DNA of 64,000 nucleotides from a virus, in the IMG/VR virus record IMGVR_UViG_3300025466_000015. One strand, written 5' to 3'. Positions 13,196-23,233 of the stretch are shown one piece after another (position 1 is the stretch's first letter; every line of letters begins with the position of its first letter). The translations under genes and the position numbers were made by a program. The notes under the pieces were generated by a model. It saw only the letters and a program-made list of their open reading frames with translations, did not search any database and had not been told where the DNA came from.

Positions 13196-14149
13196 ATGAA
13201 ATGTATTATTAAAGTTGATGAATCTGGAAATACAGCAGATCATCCAATATTGATATCAAATTTTTTAGATGTTTATCCTGATCTAGATATTTCAGGAAAT
13301 ACAGCACCGCCAGGATTTGCTTGGTTCACTAGAAAAAATAGAAATGTTGAGTTCTTAAGAAATACGCCAGAGACACATAAAGTGGCCACTCGATATGTGA
13401 AAACCGATGAAGGTTTTGAAGATGATCATTTTTACCATGAATTGACAGAAGAACAAAAAGCTTTTGTATCAAACAGATCAAAAGGTGAAAATACTATCAA
13501 AACAATTGAACACTTTAAGTATTTGTCCGAATATAACATAGAAAATTTAGAAGACTCTAATGAAATTAATACTTGGATTAAATTTCACAATCTTATTCCA
13601 AACATAGATGAAATGCCAAAAGTGAGCATACATAAATCATTAACAACTCTAGAAGATCATCCTGATGATGAAGAATTTTATGATGATATTGTTGATTATG
13701 CAAACGTTGCAACAATATTATTGCCTAGGTTGCCTCTTCCGGATGCAAATGGTGTTTTTCAAGATCATTTAGATTCTTCTAATAATTGGGTATTTTTTGA
13801 TCCAAACGAGCCTTTAACTCCAGAAACAGAAAAAATACTTCATAGAATTTTAATTAATCCAGAGGTAGAAAGAACTTCAAATCTCATAATCTCGGCACTA
13901 AGCACCTTACCGATTTTACCTAATAATATTATGGATCAAGTGGTACTGACATTAGATAATTTGAATTCAAATACTGCAAATTTATCGATTGCTTATTCAA
14001 CAGTTAATTTACTGAGAGAAGAAAGAGCTAAAATTTATCCAACACATGCTGCAAATATGATTATGAACACCGCACAAACATCATCATATATAACATTAAC
14101 TACAACGGCTTTAGACCAATACAACTCAATCATCGATACGTCGGGTTAA
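13196..14149 (+). CDS. Hypothetical protein
   Basis: 317 aa ORF directly after adhesin-like gene. Confidence 0.55.
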   Translation: MKCIIKVDESGNTADHPILISNFLDVYPDLDISGNTAPPGFAWFTRKNRNVEFLRNTPETHKVATRYVKTDEGFEDDHFYHELTEEQKAFVSNRSKGENTIKTIEHFKYLSEYNIENLEDSNEINTWIKFHNLIPNIDEMPKVSIHKSLTTLEDHPDDEEFYDDIVDYANVATILLPRLPLPDANGVFQDHLDSSNNWVFFDPNEPLTPETEKILHRILINPEVERTSNLIISALSTLPILPNNIMDQVVLTLDNLNSNTANLSIAYSTVNLLREERAKIYPTHAANMIMNTAQTSSYITLTTTALDQYNSIIDTSG

Positions 14150-14196
14150 TTGCCAATCCTCCTATTGAATAAATAGAGAATAATAGGAGAAATTGG

Positions 14197-15213
14197 ATGG
14201 CAACCATAACCAACAGAAATGATTTTAAGACCTACTGTCTGCGTAGACTGGGTTTTCCTGTCATCGAAATTAACGTAGATGATGACCAAGTAGAAGACCG
14301 TATTGACGATGCTCTTCAATACTGGCAAGACTACCATTTCGATGGACTACAAAAAGTTTATTACATCAAAGCGGTCACTGGTTCACAAATCGTTTCTGAT
14401 ATAGACATCTCAGGTATATACAACGGAACAGCAGCCAACGGAACATTCATTGGTGCTACATCAGGTTCATTAGCATTACTCAAAGTTGGTGGTTTTCAAG
14501 GTGCCAACAATACTATGATTTCAGTTATGGGAAATCAAGCCTTTACGGCAGGTGAAGGTATATCATATTACGATCAGAGTGGCAATATAGTACCAACTGG
14601 TGCCAATGTGGTATCGTATATGATGGGTGATGTAGACCAAAAATACCTAGACTTATCAGAAGCTAAAGATGCTCAGGGTAATCCAATGGAAATTATTGGT
14701 GTGCCTAGAATCTTTCCAGTTACCGATTCTCAAGCTGGTGTCAATATGTTTGACCTCAGATACCAACTCCGTCTGAATGAGTTGTATGACTTCACCTCCG
14801 CATCCTATATCAACTATACTTTAACTCAACAACATCTACGTTCTTTGGAGTTAATGTTCACTGGTGAAGTTCCAATTCGTTTTCAAAGACATATGCAGAG
14901 ACTCTACATTGATTGGGCTTGGGGTTACTCAGAAGCACCAGTAGGAACTATTGTTGTTGCCGAATGTTATGCCAATATTAATCCTGATGTATACACTAAG
15001 GTTTGGAATGACCGTTGGTTGAAAGAATATGCCACGGCTCTCATCAAACGTTCATGGGGATCCAACCTCAAGAAGTTCAATAACCTACAATTGCCAGGTG
15101 GTGTAACTCTCAATGGTGATACCATTTTCAATGAAGCGGTTCAAGAAATTGATAAGTTACATTCGGAGATGGAAACACAATACGGAGCACCATTGGAATT
15201 TTTCCTAAACTAA
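14197..15213 (+). CDS. gp13: Neck protein gp13
   Basis: YCLRRLGFPVIEINVDDDQVEDRIDDALQY and LPGGVTLNG motifs; T4 synteny. Confidence 0.92.
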   Translation: MATITNRNDFKTYCLRRLGFPVIEINVDDDQVEDRIDDALQYWQDYHFDGLQKVYYIKAVTGSQIVSDIDISGIYNGTAANGTFIGATSGSLALLKVGGFQGANNTMISVMGNQAFTAGEGISYYDQSGNIVPTGANVVSYMMGDVDQKYLDLSEAKDAQGNPMEIIGVPRIFPVTDSQAGVNMFDLRYQLRLNELYDFTSASYINYTLTQQHLRSLELMFTGEVPIRFQRHMQRLYIDWAWGYSEAPVGTIVVAECYANINPDVYTKVWNDRWLKEYATALIKRSWGSNLKKFNNLQLPGGVTLNGDTIFNEAVQEIDKLHSEMETQYGAPLEFFLN

Positions 15214-15214
15214 T

Positions 15215-16099
15215 ATGGCAACTTCACAATATTTTTCGTTATACAGCAATAAAGGTGAGCAGAGACTCATTGAAGACATTATTGTTGAGTCTATTAAAAT
15301 CATGGGTGTAGATGTATTCTATTTACCCAACGATAATGATGCAGCCAGAGATTTACTGTATGGTGAAGATCCTGTTCGTAGGTTTGAATCAGCGTTTACG
15401 ATTGAAATCTACTCTACAAATGCAACAGAATATGGTGGTGAGAAAGAGTTCTTCTCTAAGTTTGGCTTAGAAATTAAGAACCAAGTTTCTGTCATCATGT
15501 CTAAAAGGTCTTTCTCACAAAGAGTACCACAAGATAGATTTACAAGGCCTCGTGAAGGTGACTTGATGTACATTCCATTTCTAAATGGTACTGGTGAATT
15601 GTATGAGATTAAATTTGTCAATCAAACCAAAGATTTCTTTATGTTAGGCCGTCAGGTTCCATATTTCTACGAATTGGAACTGGAGAAATTCCGTTACTCA
15701 CAAGAAGTTATTCAAACTGGTGATGCCGATATTGATGCTATTGTTTCAGATTCGGCATACACAATACATTTCACAACTACAACAGGTAATGCTAACAATT
15801 ATGTGTTGAAAGAAATTGCTTTCCAATCACCCGATGGAACACAAAACAATGCTACAAGTGTGGGTATCGTATCATCTTGGTTACCACACGCCAACACCTT
15901 GTCACTCACAAATATTTCTGGTGAATTTATTGATAATCGTGAGGTTATTGGTGCTCAAAGTAATGCTAGATTTGTCATATCAACATATGATCCATTGAAT
16001 AACCCAGCAGCTAAAGAAGTGTATGATAACCAATACATCAATGTTCAAGCTGGTGACATACTTGATTCAACAGAAAACAATCCATTTGGAAGTATCTAA
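15215..16099 (+). CDS. gp14: Neck protein gp14
   Basis: EQRLIEDIIVESIKIMG, FSKFGLEI, RPREGDL, NPFG; synteny. Confidence 0.92.
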   Translation: MATSQYFSLYSNKGEQRLIEDIIVESIKIMGVDVFYLPNDNDAARDLLYGEDPVRRFESAFTIEIYSTNATEYGGEKEFFSKFGLEIKNQVSVIMSKRSFSQRVPQDRFTRPREGDLMYIPFLNGTGELYEIKFVNQTKDFFMLGRQVPYFYELELEKFRYSQEVIQTGDADIDAIVSDSAYTIHFTTTTGNANNYVLKEIAFQSPDGTQNNATSVGIVSSWLPHANTLSLTNISGEFIDNREVIGAQSNARFVISTYDPLNNPAAKEVYDNQYINVQAGDILDSTENNPFGSI

Positions 16100-17085
16100 T
16101 GGCCAATATATTTTATAACCGTGTTATTCGAAAGATCGTTGTTGGATTTGGTAATCTATTTGACAACATTACTCTTGTTCGTTATAATCCAGATTTGACG
16201 GAAGCGGAACGATTTGTTGTTCCTATTGCCTATGCGGACAAAGAAGACTATGTGATGCGTCTAGAAGGTGATTACAATTTGGATAAAAAAGTCCAGATTA
16301 CATTACCTAGAATGTCTTTTCAAATGTCTGGCATGTCTTATGATGCTACTAGAAAACAAAACACAAACATCAAAGCTTTTGCCAAACAATCTGGCGGTGG
16401 TGTTGCTGCTCAATACAATCCTGTTCCATATGATATGGATTTTTCTCTATACATTTATGTAAGAAACATTGAAGATGGTACACAGCTAATTGAACATATC
16501 ATTCCATATTTTACACCAGATTATACAATTAAAATTAATTTAATTCCTGAAATGGGAATCGTTAAAGAAATACCGGTCATATTAAAGAATGTAGATATGC
16601 CTGTAGATTTTGAAGGTGATAGAGAAAAAGATACTAGAGTTATTGTTTGGACTTTAAACTTTACAGTTAAAGGATTTATTTTTGGTGCTGTATCAGACAA
16701 TATTGCATTGATAAGAACATCAATCACAAATATTCTGAATGATATTTCACCAACAGACCAAGTTGTTTTTAAAATGAAAGCTCCAGGTATTGGAACATAT
16801 CAGATGGGTGAAGTTGTTTATCAAGGATATTCACATTCTACTGCAACGGCAACGGCTAAGGTTGTTGAGTTCAATAACAATCATTTGACATTAACAAACA
16901 TCAATGGTAATTTTGTTTCTGGCAAACCAATCTATTCATCACAATCTAATTCAAATTATACATTTGATTCATATGCTGTTGTGAATCCAAAATTTGTTGA
17001 GATTGTTACGACACCTAATCCAACTAACGCTACGCCAGCAAACAATTATACATATAACACAGTAGTAACGGAATATCCAAACTAA
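16099..17085 (+). CDS. gp15: Tail terminator / sheath stabiliser gp15
   Basis: FGNLFDNI, VPIAY, LPRMSF, PVPYD, IIPYFTP; synteny. Confidence 0.92.
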   Translation: MANIFYNRVIRKIVVGFGNLFDNITLVRYNPDLTEAERFVVPIAYADKEDYVMRLEGDYNLDKKVQITLPRMSFQMSGMSYDATRKQNTNIKAFAKQSGGGVAAQYNPVPYDMDFSLYIYVRNIEDGTQLIEHIIPYFTPDYTIKINLIPEMGIVKEIPVILKNVDMPVDFEGDREKDTRVIVWTLNFTVKGFIFGAVSDNIALIRTSITNILNDISPTDQVVFKMKAPGIGTYQMGEVVYQGYSHSTATATAKVVEFNNNHLTLTNINGNFVSGKPIYSSQSNSNYTFDSYAVVNPKFVEIVTTPNPTNATPANNYTYNTVVTEYPN

Positions 17086-17096
17086 GAGGAAATAAA

Positions 17097-18083
17097 ATGG
17101 CTTTAACAATCACAGGCGGAACAATAATCACAGGCGGTATTACACTAAAATCACAAGTAGTTGATCCTTATGCACCAACAGTTTCATCAGAATCGCCTTT
17201 TGCTGGATTACAAAGTTACTTTTTTGAAGGTACACAAAGTCGTCTGCAATATAACGCTTCCAATTTATCATTAGGAACAGATTGGACAATTGAATGGTTC
17301 CAAAAAGAAACTATTCCAAACAATTTCCCAAGGCCTTTCTGTGTTGGTAATAATTTAATGGGTGTTAGTATGGAAGGTGGAGAACCAGGAACATTCTACA
17401 TTCAAGAAAATTCAACTTACCATAATATCTATTCTGTAACGAGAAGAGATGCTTGGCACCATTTTGCTATCTCTTCTGTAGGCGGTATAGTTACTGTTTA
17501 TCAAGATGGCGTTCACCAAGGAAGTACATTCTCGTTTACTTCGGTCGATACGACCGGTCAAACTTTATTCCTTGCAGGTAAAGCCGGTGCATTGACATCA
17601 GAATATTTTGGTGGTTACATAACTGATATGCGTTGGACTGTTGGTGTTGGTGTTTATACAGGCGACTTCACAACACCTTCAACACCATTACAGTTGACAC
17701 AAGCTGGTGATGGTATGAATATTCAACCAATTACATCAGGCCAAGTTAAGTTCTTCTTAGAACCTGGTCGTGATTATCTAGTTACAACACCTCCAGGAAC
17801 TCCTTACACCACTTGGAGTGGTTTAGCATCTGGTGATAATCCATTCGGATGGACAACTCAACAATATGGTGATACCTCAATTTCTATACCTTGGCAATGG
17901 GGCGGATATAATACAACACAAGCAAGACCTACCGCTGGACAAACCGTTTCAGATGGCAGTGGCCATAGTGCAACAATTATAAGCGTGACAGATAATGCAG
18001 GTGGAGGTGGAATGAATTTATTGATAATAATAAACTCTAGTAATTCTGGTTTTGCTACTGACACAATAGTTTACATTCAATAA
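17097..18083 (+). CDS. LamG/concanavalin-A-like domain virion protein
   Basis: DWTIEWF, WHHFAIS, VYQDGV, FGGYITDMR, YTGDFTTPSTPL motifs. Confidence 0.65.
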   Translation: MALTITGGTIITGGITLKSQVVDPYAPTVSSESPFAGLQSYFFEGTQSRLQYNASNLSLGTDWTIEWFQKETIPNNFPRPFCVGNNLMGVSMEGGEPGTFYIQENSTYHNIYSVTRRDAWHHFAISSVGGIVTVYQDGVHQGSTFSFTSVDTTGQTLFLAGKAGALTSEYFGGYITDMRWTVGVGVYTGDFTTPSTPLQLTQAGDGMNIQPITSGQVKFFLEPGRDYLVTTPPGTPYTTWSGLASGDNPFGWTTQQYGDTSISIPWQWGGYNTTQARPTAGQTVSDGSGHSATIISVTDNAGGGGMNLLIIINSSNSGFATDTIVYIQ

Positions 18084-18098
18084 CATATAAAAATTACT

Positions 18099-18515
18099 AT
18101 GAATGATTTTGATAAAAAAATGTCGGAAGTATTTGATGTAACACCGGTTGAACAGGTCAAGAAGCCTCAACCGGTTGTTACAACCCATTACAATCCACCA
18201 AGTGATGAAAAACAAGACTTGGTGGATGCGTATCAACAATCCAAAGAAAACATCCAAGAGATTATTGATTCAGGCAAAGATGCCATGGAAGAAATACTCC
18301 AAATTGCCAAAGCAGGCCAACACCCAAGAGCTTTTGAGGTCTATGCCACCTTATTAAAGAACATGACTGAAGCCAATGATAGACTTCTGAAGATTCAAAA
18401 AGAGATGCGTGAGATTGAAGGCAGAAAGAAAGATTCTGGTACCACAATTGATAAGGCTATATTTGTAGGAAGTACGAATGAGCTTAATAAACTTCTAAAA
18501 GGCAAATTAAGATAA
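18099..18515 (+). CDS. gp16: Terminase small subunit gp16
   Basis: HPRAFEVYATLLK and AIFVGSTNEL motifs; precedes gp17. Confidence 0.9.
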   Translation: MNDFDKKMSEVFDVTPVEQVKKPQPVVTTHYNPPSDEKQDLVDAYQQSKENIQEIIDSGKDAMEEILQIAKAGQHPRAFEVYATLLKNMTEANDRLLKIQKEMREIEGRKKDSGTTIDKAIFVGSTNELNKLLKGKLR

Positions 18516-18568
18516 ATAGGTGTAGGTCGCCAGATTGCAGTCTGCACCTACTCTAACATTGTAAAGGA

Positions 18569-19159
18569 ATGTCAGCTATGCCTATTTATTATACACACCA
18601 TATTATACCCCGTCATGCTGGCGGAACAAATGATCCTTCAAATTTAATCAAATTAACCGTAGAAGAACATGCCGAAGCTCATCGTATTCTATACGAAACT
18701 TATGGCCGATGGCAAGATTATGTTGCATGGAAAGCAATATCCGGATCTATAGGTAAAGAAGAAATAATAAAACTAACACAATCTTTGGCCACAAAAGGAA
18801 AAAAACAAACACCTGAACATGTACAAAAAAGAAAAATGATGGGTGAAAAAAATCCTATGTGGAAAAGTGGTGAAAAAAATCCTATGTATGGAAAAAGAGG
18901 CGAACTTTCACCACATTTTGGCAAAAAAAATTCGGAAGAAACAAAAAAGAAAAGAAGATTGTCTTTAATTGGTCGCTCTTATGAAGACCTACATGGCAAA
19001 GAAAAAGCTGAAGAAATAAAAAATAAACTAAGTAAGCCAAAAACAGAAGAACACAAGCAAAAATTAAGAAAACCAAAGCCAAAAGTTGTTTGTAGGTTGA
19101 AAGACAGAAAAGAAATGAGTTTAGGTAATTTTATGAATTGGTATAAAAATGCTAGATAA
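18569..19159 (+). mobile_element. Free-standing HNH homing endonuclease with NUMOD3-like repeats
   Basis: HHIIPRHAGGTNDPSNLIKLTVEEHAEAH; GEKNPMYGK repeats; inserted between gp16 and gp17. Confidence 0.85.
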
Positions 19160-20822
19160 ATCGTCTTATAGGGATAACCCCTTGCTCAAAAGAGCCGGTG
19201 TTGAGGTAAGTTACACACAAGAACAGATTGATGAGTATATCAAATGTGCTGGTGATGCCACTTATTTTGCCGTGACTTATATGAAGATTGTCAACGTTGA
19301 CGAAGGTCTGATACCATTTAAGATGTGGGACTTTCAAAAAGAAATGTTGGAGTTATTTCAAAACAATCGTTTTGTTATCACTAAATGTCCTCGTCAGGTG
19401 GGTAAAACTACCACCACGGTAGCATATCTCCTTCATGCTACACTATTCTCTGAATCACAGAACGTAGCCATTTTGGCGAACAAAGGTTCTTTGGCTCGTG
19501 ACATTCTAGCTAAGTATCAATTGGCTTATGAGAATCTACCGCAATGGTTACAACAAGGTGTAATCACATGGAACAAAGGTAATGTAGAGTTAGAGAACGG
19601 TTCTAAACTGATTGCTGCATCTACATCCAGTTCTGCTGTTCGTGGAGGATCATTTAACATTGTATTCTTAGATGAGTTTGCTTTTGTTCCAGCCAACATG
19701 GCACATGAGTTTTTTAACTCAGTTTATCCTGTTATCTCATCTGGTAAAACCACAAAGATTATTATCGTTTCTACTCCAAATGGAATGAATTTGTTCTATA
19801 AGTTGTGGTCTGATGCGGTTAATAAGAAGTCCGATTACATTCCTTTTGAAATTCATTGGTCTATGTTACCAGGCAGAGATGAGGCATGGAAAGAACAGAC
19901 GATTAGGAATACCTCATTGAGGCAATTCCAACAAGAGTTTGAAACCATGTTCTTGGGTTCTTCAAACACGCTCATTTCTGGTATCAAGTTACAGAGTTTG
20001 GTGTACCGAGAACCTATTGCTAACCATGACTTACTTAAAATCTATGAGTATCCTATCAAAGAAGATGGTGAAAAGAACCTCAAAGACCATCTTTATGCCA
20101 TTGCCGTTGACGTTTCTGAAGGTAAAAACTTAGACTCATCAGCCTTTACTGTGTTTGATATATCAGAAACACCATACAAACAGGTGGCGGTGTACAAGAG
20201 TTCATCTATTTCACCAATTCTCTTCCCAACAGTCATCTATAATGCAGCCAGATACTACAATGATGCTTACGTTTTAGTAGAAATCAATAACAATCCTGAA
20301 GTGGCAATGACATTACATGCTGATCTAGAGTATGAAAACCTACTTAAAGTGTTTACTGGTAACAAAAAAGCACAACAACTGTCTGCTGGTTTCCAACGTG
20401 GAACACAGATGGGTCTTAAAATGTCACCAGCAACCAAGAGAATTGGTTGTTCCAACCTAAAAACATTGATTGAAACCGATAAACTAGAAATCTGTGATTT
20501 TGATACCTATTCAGAATTGACCACGTTTGTGGCCGATAAGACATCATTTGCAGCTGAAGAAGGTGCCAATGATGATATCGTAATGACTTTAGTACTATTT
20601 GCTTGGGCAGCCACTCAAAAGTACTTTAGAGAAATCGTTAACCACGATTTGAGAAAACAATTACAGTTACAAACCATGAACCAAGAAGACGATGAGACAT
20701 TACCTTCAATGATTATTGAAGATGGATTGGACAATCCGTTAATTGTAGAAGGTGGCGACGTTTGGGAAATGGCTGGTTCTGAAGATGTATACTCAGGATA
20801 CTTCAGAAGTTTACATAAGTAA
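19149..20822 (+). CDS. gp17: Terminase large subunit gp17
   Basis: PRQVGKTT Walker A, FLDEFAF Walker B, STPNG, nuclease VDVSEG and NDDIVM. Confidence 0.96.
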   Translation: MLDKSSYRDNPLLKRAGVEVSYTQEQIDEYIKCAGDATYFAVTYMKIVNVDEGLIPFKMWDFQKEMLELFQNNRFVITKCPRQVGKTTTTVAYLLHATLFSESQNVAILANKGSLARDILAKYQLAYENLPQWLQQGVITWNKGNVELENGSKLIAASTSSSAVRGGSFNIVFLDEFAFVPANMAHEFFNSVYPVISSGKTTKIIIVSTPNGMNLFYKLWSDAVNKKSDYIPFEIHWSMLPGRDEAWKEQTIRNTSLRQFQQEFETMFLGSSNTLISGIKLQSLVYREPIANHDLLKIYEYPIKEDGEKNLKDHLYAIAVDVSEGKNLDSSAFTVFDISETPYKQVAVYKSSSISPILFPTVIYNAARYYNDAYVLVEINNNPEVAMTLHADLEYENLLKVFTGNKKAQQLSAGFQRGTQMGLKMSPATKRIGCSNLKTLIETDKLEICDFDTYSELTTFVADKTSFAAEEGANDDIVMTLVLFAWAATQKYFREIVNHDLRKQLQLQTMNQEDDETLPSMIIEDGLDNPLIVEGGDVWEMAGSEDVYSGYFRSLHK

Positions 20823-20895
20823 TGTAAAAACCGTGAATCATAAATATCCTCATGGTATTAACTGCCAAAACACATAATAATTCAAGGAGAATAAA

Positions 20896-22587
20896 ATGGC
20901 ATTTCAAATCTCTCCAGGCGTTCTTGTATCTGAAGTAGACTTAACAACAGTCGTACCTTCAGTTCTAACGACTGCTGGTGCATTTGCTGGAACATTCGTT
21001 TGGGGTCCAGTAAACAAATTAGTCTTAGTAGACAGCGAAATTACTTTAGCAAAAACATTTGGCAAACCAGATGACAATTCAGCAGTTTCTTTCTTCACAG
21101 CAGCCAATTTCTTGGCATACGGTAACAATTTGACTATTGTCCGTGCTGTTGGAACAGGCACATACAACGCTGTTGCTAATACTGGTCAAACAAATATTCA
21201 AGTTGCAAACGAAAGTATATTTGAAAGTAGCTATTTAAATTCAAACAATTCAAATCTTTATGGTCCTTTTATGGCCAGATATCCAGGAAATTTAGGAAAT
21301 TCTTTGTCTGTAGCTGTTTGTGCTAATACAACAACATTCAACACATGGACATACAAAGGTTATTTCACTAGTGCTCCAGGTACTTCCGATTTTGTTTCTA
21401 AAGCCGGCGGTTCATCTGATGAATTACACATTGCAGTTGTAGATACTGGCGGTTTGTTCACAGGAACACAAGGTACAATTTTAGAAACATTCCCATTTGT
21501 ATCTAAAGCTTCTGATGCTTCAGTAAATGGTACAACAAATTATTATAAACAAGTTATTTTTAATAACTCTAAATATATTTACGCTGTTGATCCTGTTGAT
21601 TATGCAAACACTAATACTACATGGGGTTCTACATCTAATACTAATTTTTCTAGAATTTTATCGAATCAACTAATACCTTTATCTGGCGGTACAAATGTTG
21701 CTCCAGAAAATGCTGATTTAGAATCAGCTTATACACTATTTGAAAACAAAGAACAAATTGATATTTCTCTAGTATTGACAGGAGATGCATCAATAGCAAC
21801 ACAACAATTTGTTATTGACAATGTGGTTACACCAAGAACAGATTGTATTGCTTTGATTTCTCCGCCTAAAACAGCAGTTGTTAATCAGTCAGGTTCCGAA
21901 ACTACAAACATTCAAACATGGTTAGTTTCATTAAGCCGTTCATCTTCATATGTTGTCGCTGATTCTGGTTGGAAATATCAATTAGACAAATACAATAATG
22001 TTTATCGCTGGGTACCATTGAATGGTGACATTGGTGGTTTATGTGTGTATACAGATACAGTTAAAGATCCATGGTTCTCGCCTGCTGGTTTTAACCGTGG
22101 TGCAATCAAAAATTGTATCAAGTTGGCATGGAATCCAACAAAAACATATCGTGACACATTATATGCAGCTGGTGTAAATCCTGTTGTATCGTTTGCTGGT
22201 CAAGGTACAGTATTGTTTGGAGACAAAACTCTACAAGCTAAACCATCCGCTTTTGATAGAATCAATGTTCGTAGATTGTTTATTGCTTTAGAAAAATCAA
22301 TCAGCACTGCCGCTAAATTCTCATTGTTTGAATTGAATGATGAGTTTACAAGAGGTCAATTTGTTGCTTTGGTAACACCTTTCTTGAGAGATGTTCAAGG
22401 TCGCCGTGGTATTACAGACTTTAAAGTAGTTTGTGATACAACAAACAATACACCACAAGTTGTAGATTCTAATCAATTTGTTGGTGATATCTACATTAAA
22501 CCTGCTCGTTCTATCAATTACATTCAATTGAATTTTGTTGCTGTTGGAACAGGTGTTGACTTTAATACTATCGTCAACGCTGCTTAA
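20896..22587 (+). CDS. gp18: Tail sheath protein gp18
   Basis: SPGVLVSEVDLT, PWFSPAGFNRG, FDRINVRRLF, KPARSINYI. Confidence 0.96.
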   Translation: MAFQISPGVLVSEVDLTTVVPSVLTTAGAFAGTFVWGPVNKLVLVDSEITLAKTFGKPDDNSAVSFFTAANFLAYGNNLTIVRAVGTGTYNAVANTGQTNIQVANESIFESSYLNSNNSNLYGPFMARYPGNLGNSLSVAVCANTTTFNTWTYKGYFTSAPGTSDFVSKAGGSSDELHIAVVDTGGLFTGTQGTILETFPFVSKASDASVNGTTNYYKQVIFNNSKYIYAVDPVDYANTNTTWGSTSNTNFSRILSNQLIPLSGGTNVAPENADLESAYTLFENKEQIDISLVLTGDASIATQQFVIDNVVTPRTDCIALISPPKTAVVNQSGSETTNIQTWLVSLSRSSSYVVADSGWKYQLDKYNNVYRWVPLNGDIGGLCVYTDTVKDPWFSPAGFNRGAIKNCIKLAWNPTKTYRDTLYAAGVNPVVSFAGQGTVLFGDKTLQAKPSAFDRINVRRLFIALEKSISTAAKFSLFELNDEFTRGQFVALVTPFLRDVQGRRGITDFKVVCDTTNNTPQVVDSNQFVGDIYIKPARSINYIQLNFVAVGTGVDFNTIVNAA

Positions 22588-22615
22588 TAAATACAGTTAA
22601 TACTAGGAGAATAAA

Positions 22616-23164
22616 ATGGCATTTAATGTAGCAGAATTTAGAGCGAATCTGATTGGGGAAGGTGCTCGTCCCAATCTGTTTTCAGTTTCTTTAAATTTTC
22701 CGACAACCGTTACAAACGGTTCAGCCGCTGGCCAAAAAACAACCTTTATGGCCAAGTCAGCACAATTACCAGGTTCTACTGTTGGTAATGTTACTGTACC
22801 ATACTTTGGTCGTGAACTAAAGTTTGTTGGTAACAGAACCTTTACAGACTGGACTTTAACAATTATCAACGATGAAGATTTCTTGATTCGTAACAGTCTA
22901 GAAAATTGGATGAATCAATTGAACAGTCATGCTGGTAACGTCCGTGCTGCAACTGCTGTATCACCAACAGGTTATTCTGTTGATGCTGTTGTAAATCAAT
23001 ACGGCAAAGCAGGTGGAAATCCAATCAAATCATATAATTTTGTTGGTATGTTTCCAGTTGATTTGGCTGCTATCGATTTGGATTGGGGATCAAATGATTC
23101 TATTGAAGAATATGCAGTAACATTTGCATTCCAATACTGGGAAGCGGCTAACATCACAACTTAA
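22616..23164 (+). CDS. gp19: Tail tube protein gp19
   Basis: GARPNLF, GRELKFVGNRTFTDWTLTIINDEDF. Confidence 0.95.
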   Translation: MAFNVAEFRANLIGEGARPNLFSVSLNFPTTVTNGSAAGQKTTFMAKSAQLPGSTVGNVTVPYFGRELKFVGNRTFTDWTLTIINDEDFLIRNSLENWMNQLNSHAGNVRAATAVSPTGYSVDAVVNQYGKAGGNPIKSYNFVGMFPVDLAAIDLDWGSNDSIEEYAVTFAFQYWEAANITT

Positions 23165-23180
23165 TTTTATTATTTTTTAC

Positions 23181-23203
23181 AGAGGAGCTTCGGCTCCTCT
23201 TTT
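23181..23203 (+). terminator. Rho-independent terminator
   Basis: AGAGGAGC-TTCG-GCTCCTCT followed by T run. Confidence 0.85.
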
Positions 23204-23233
23204 ATGGTTACTTGAATTGGATTTTAAAAAAAT

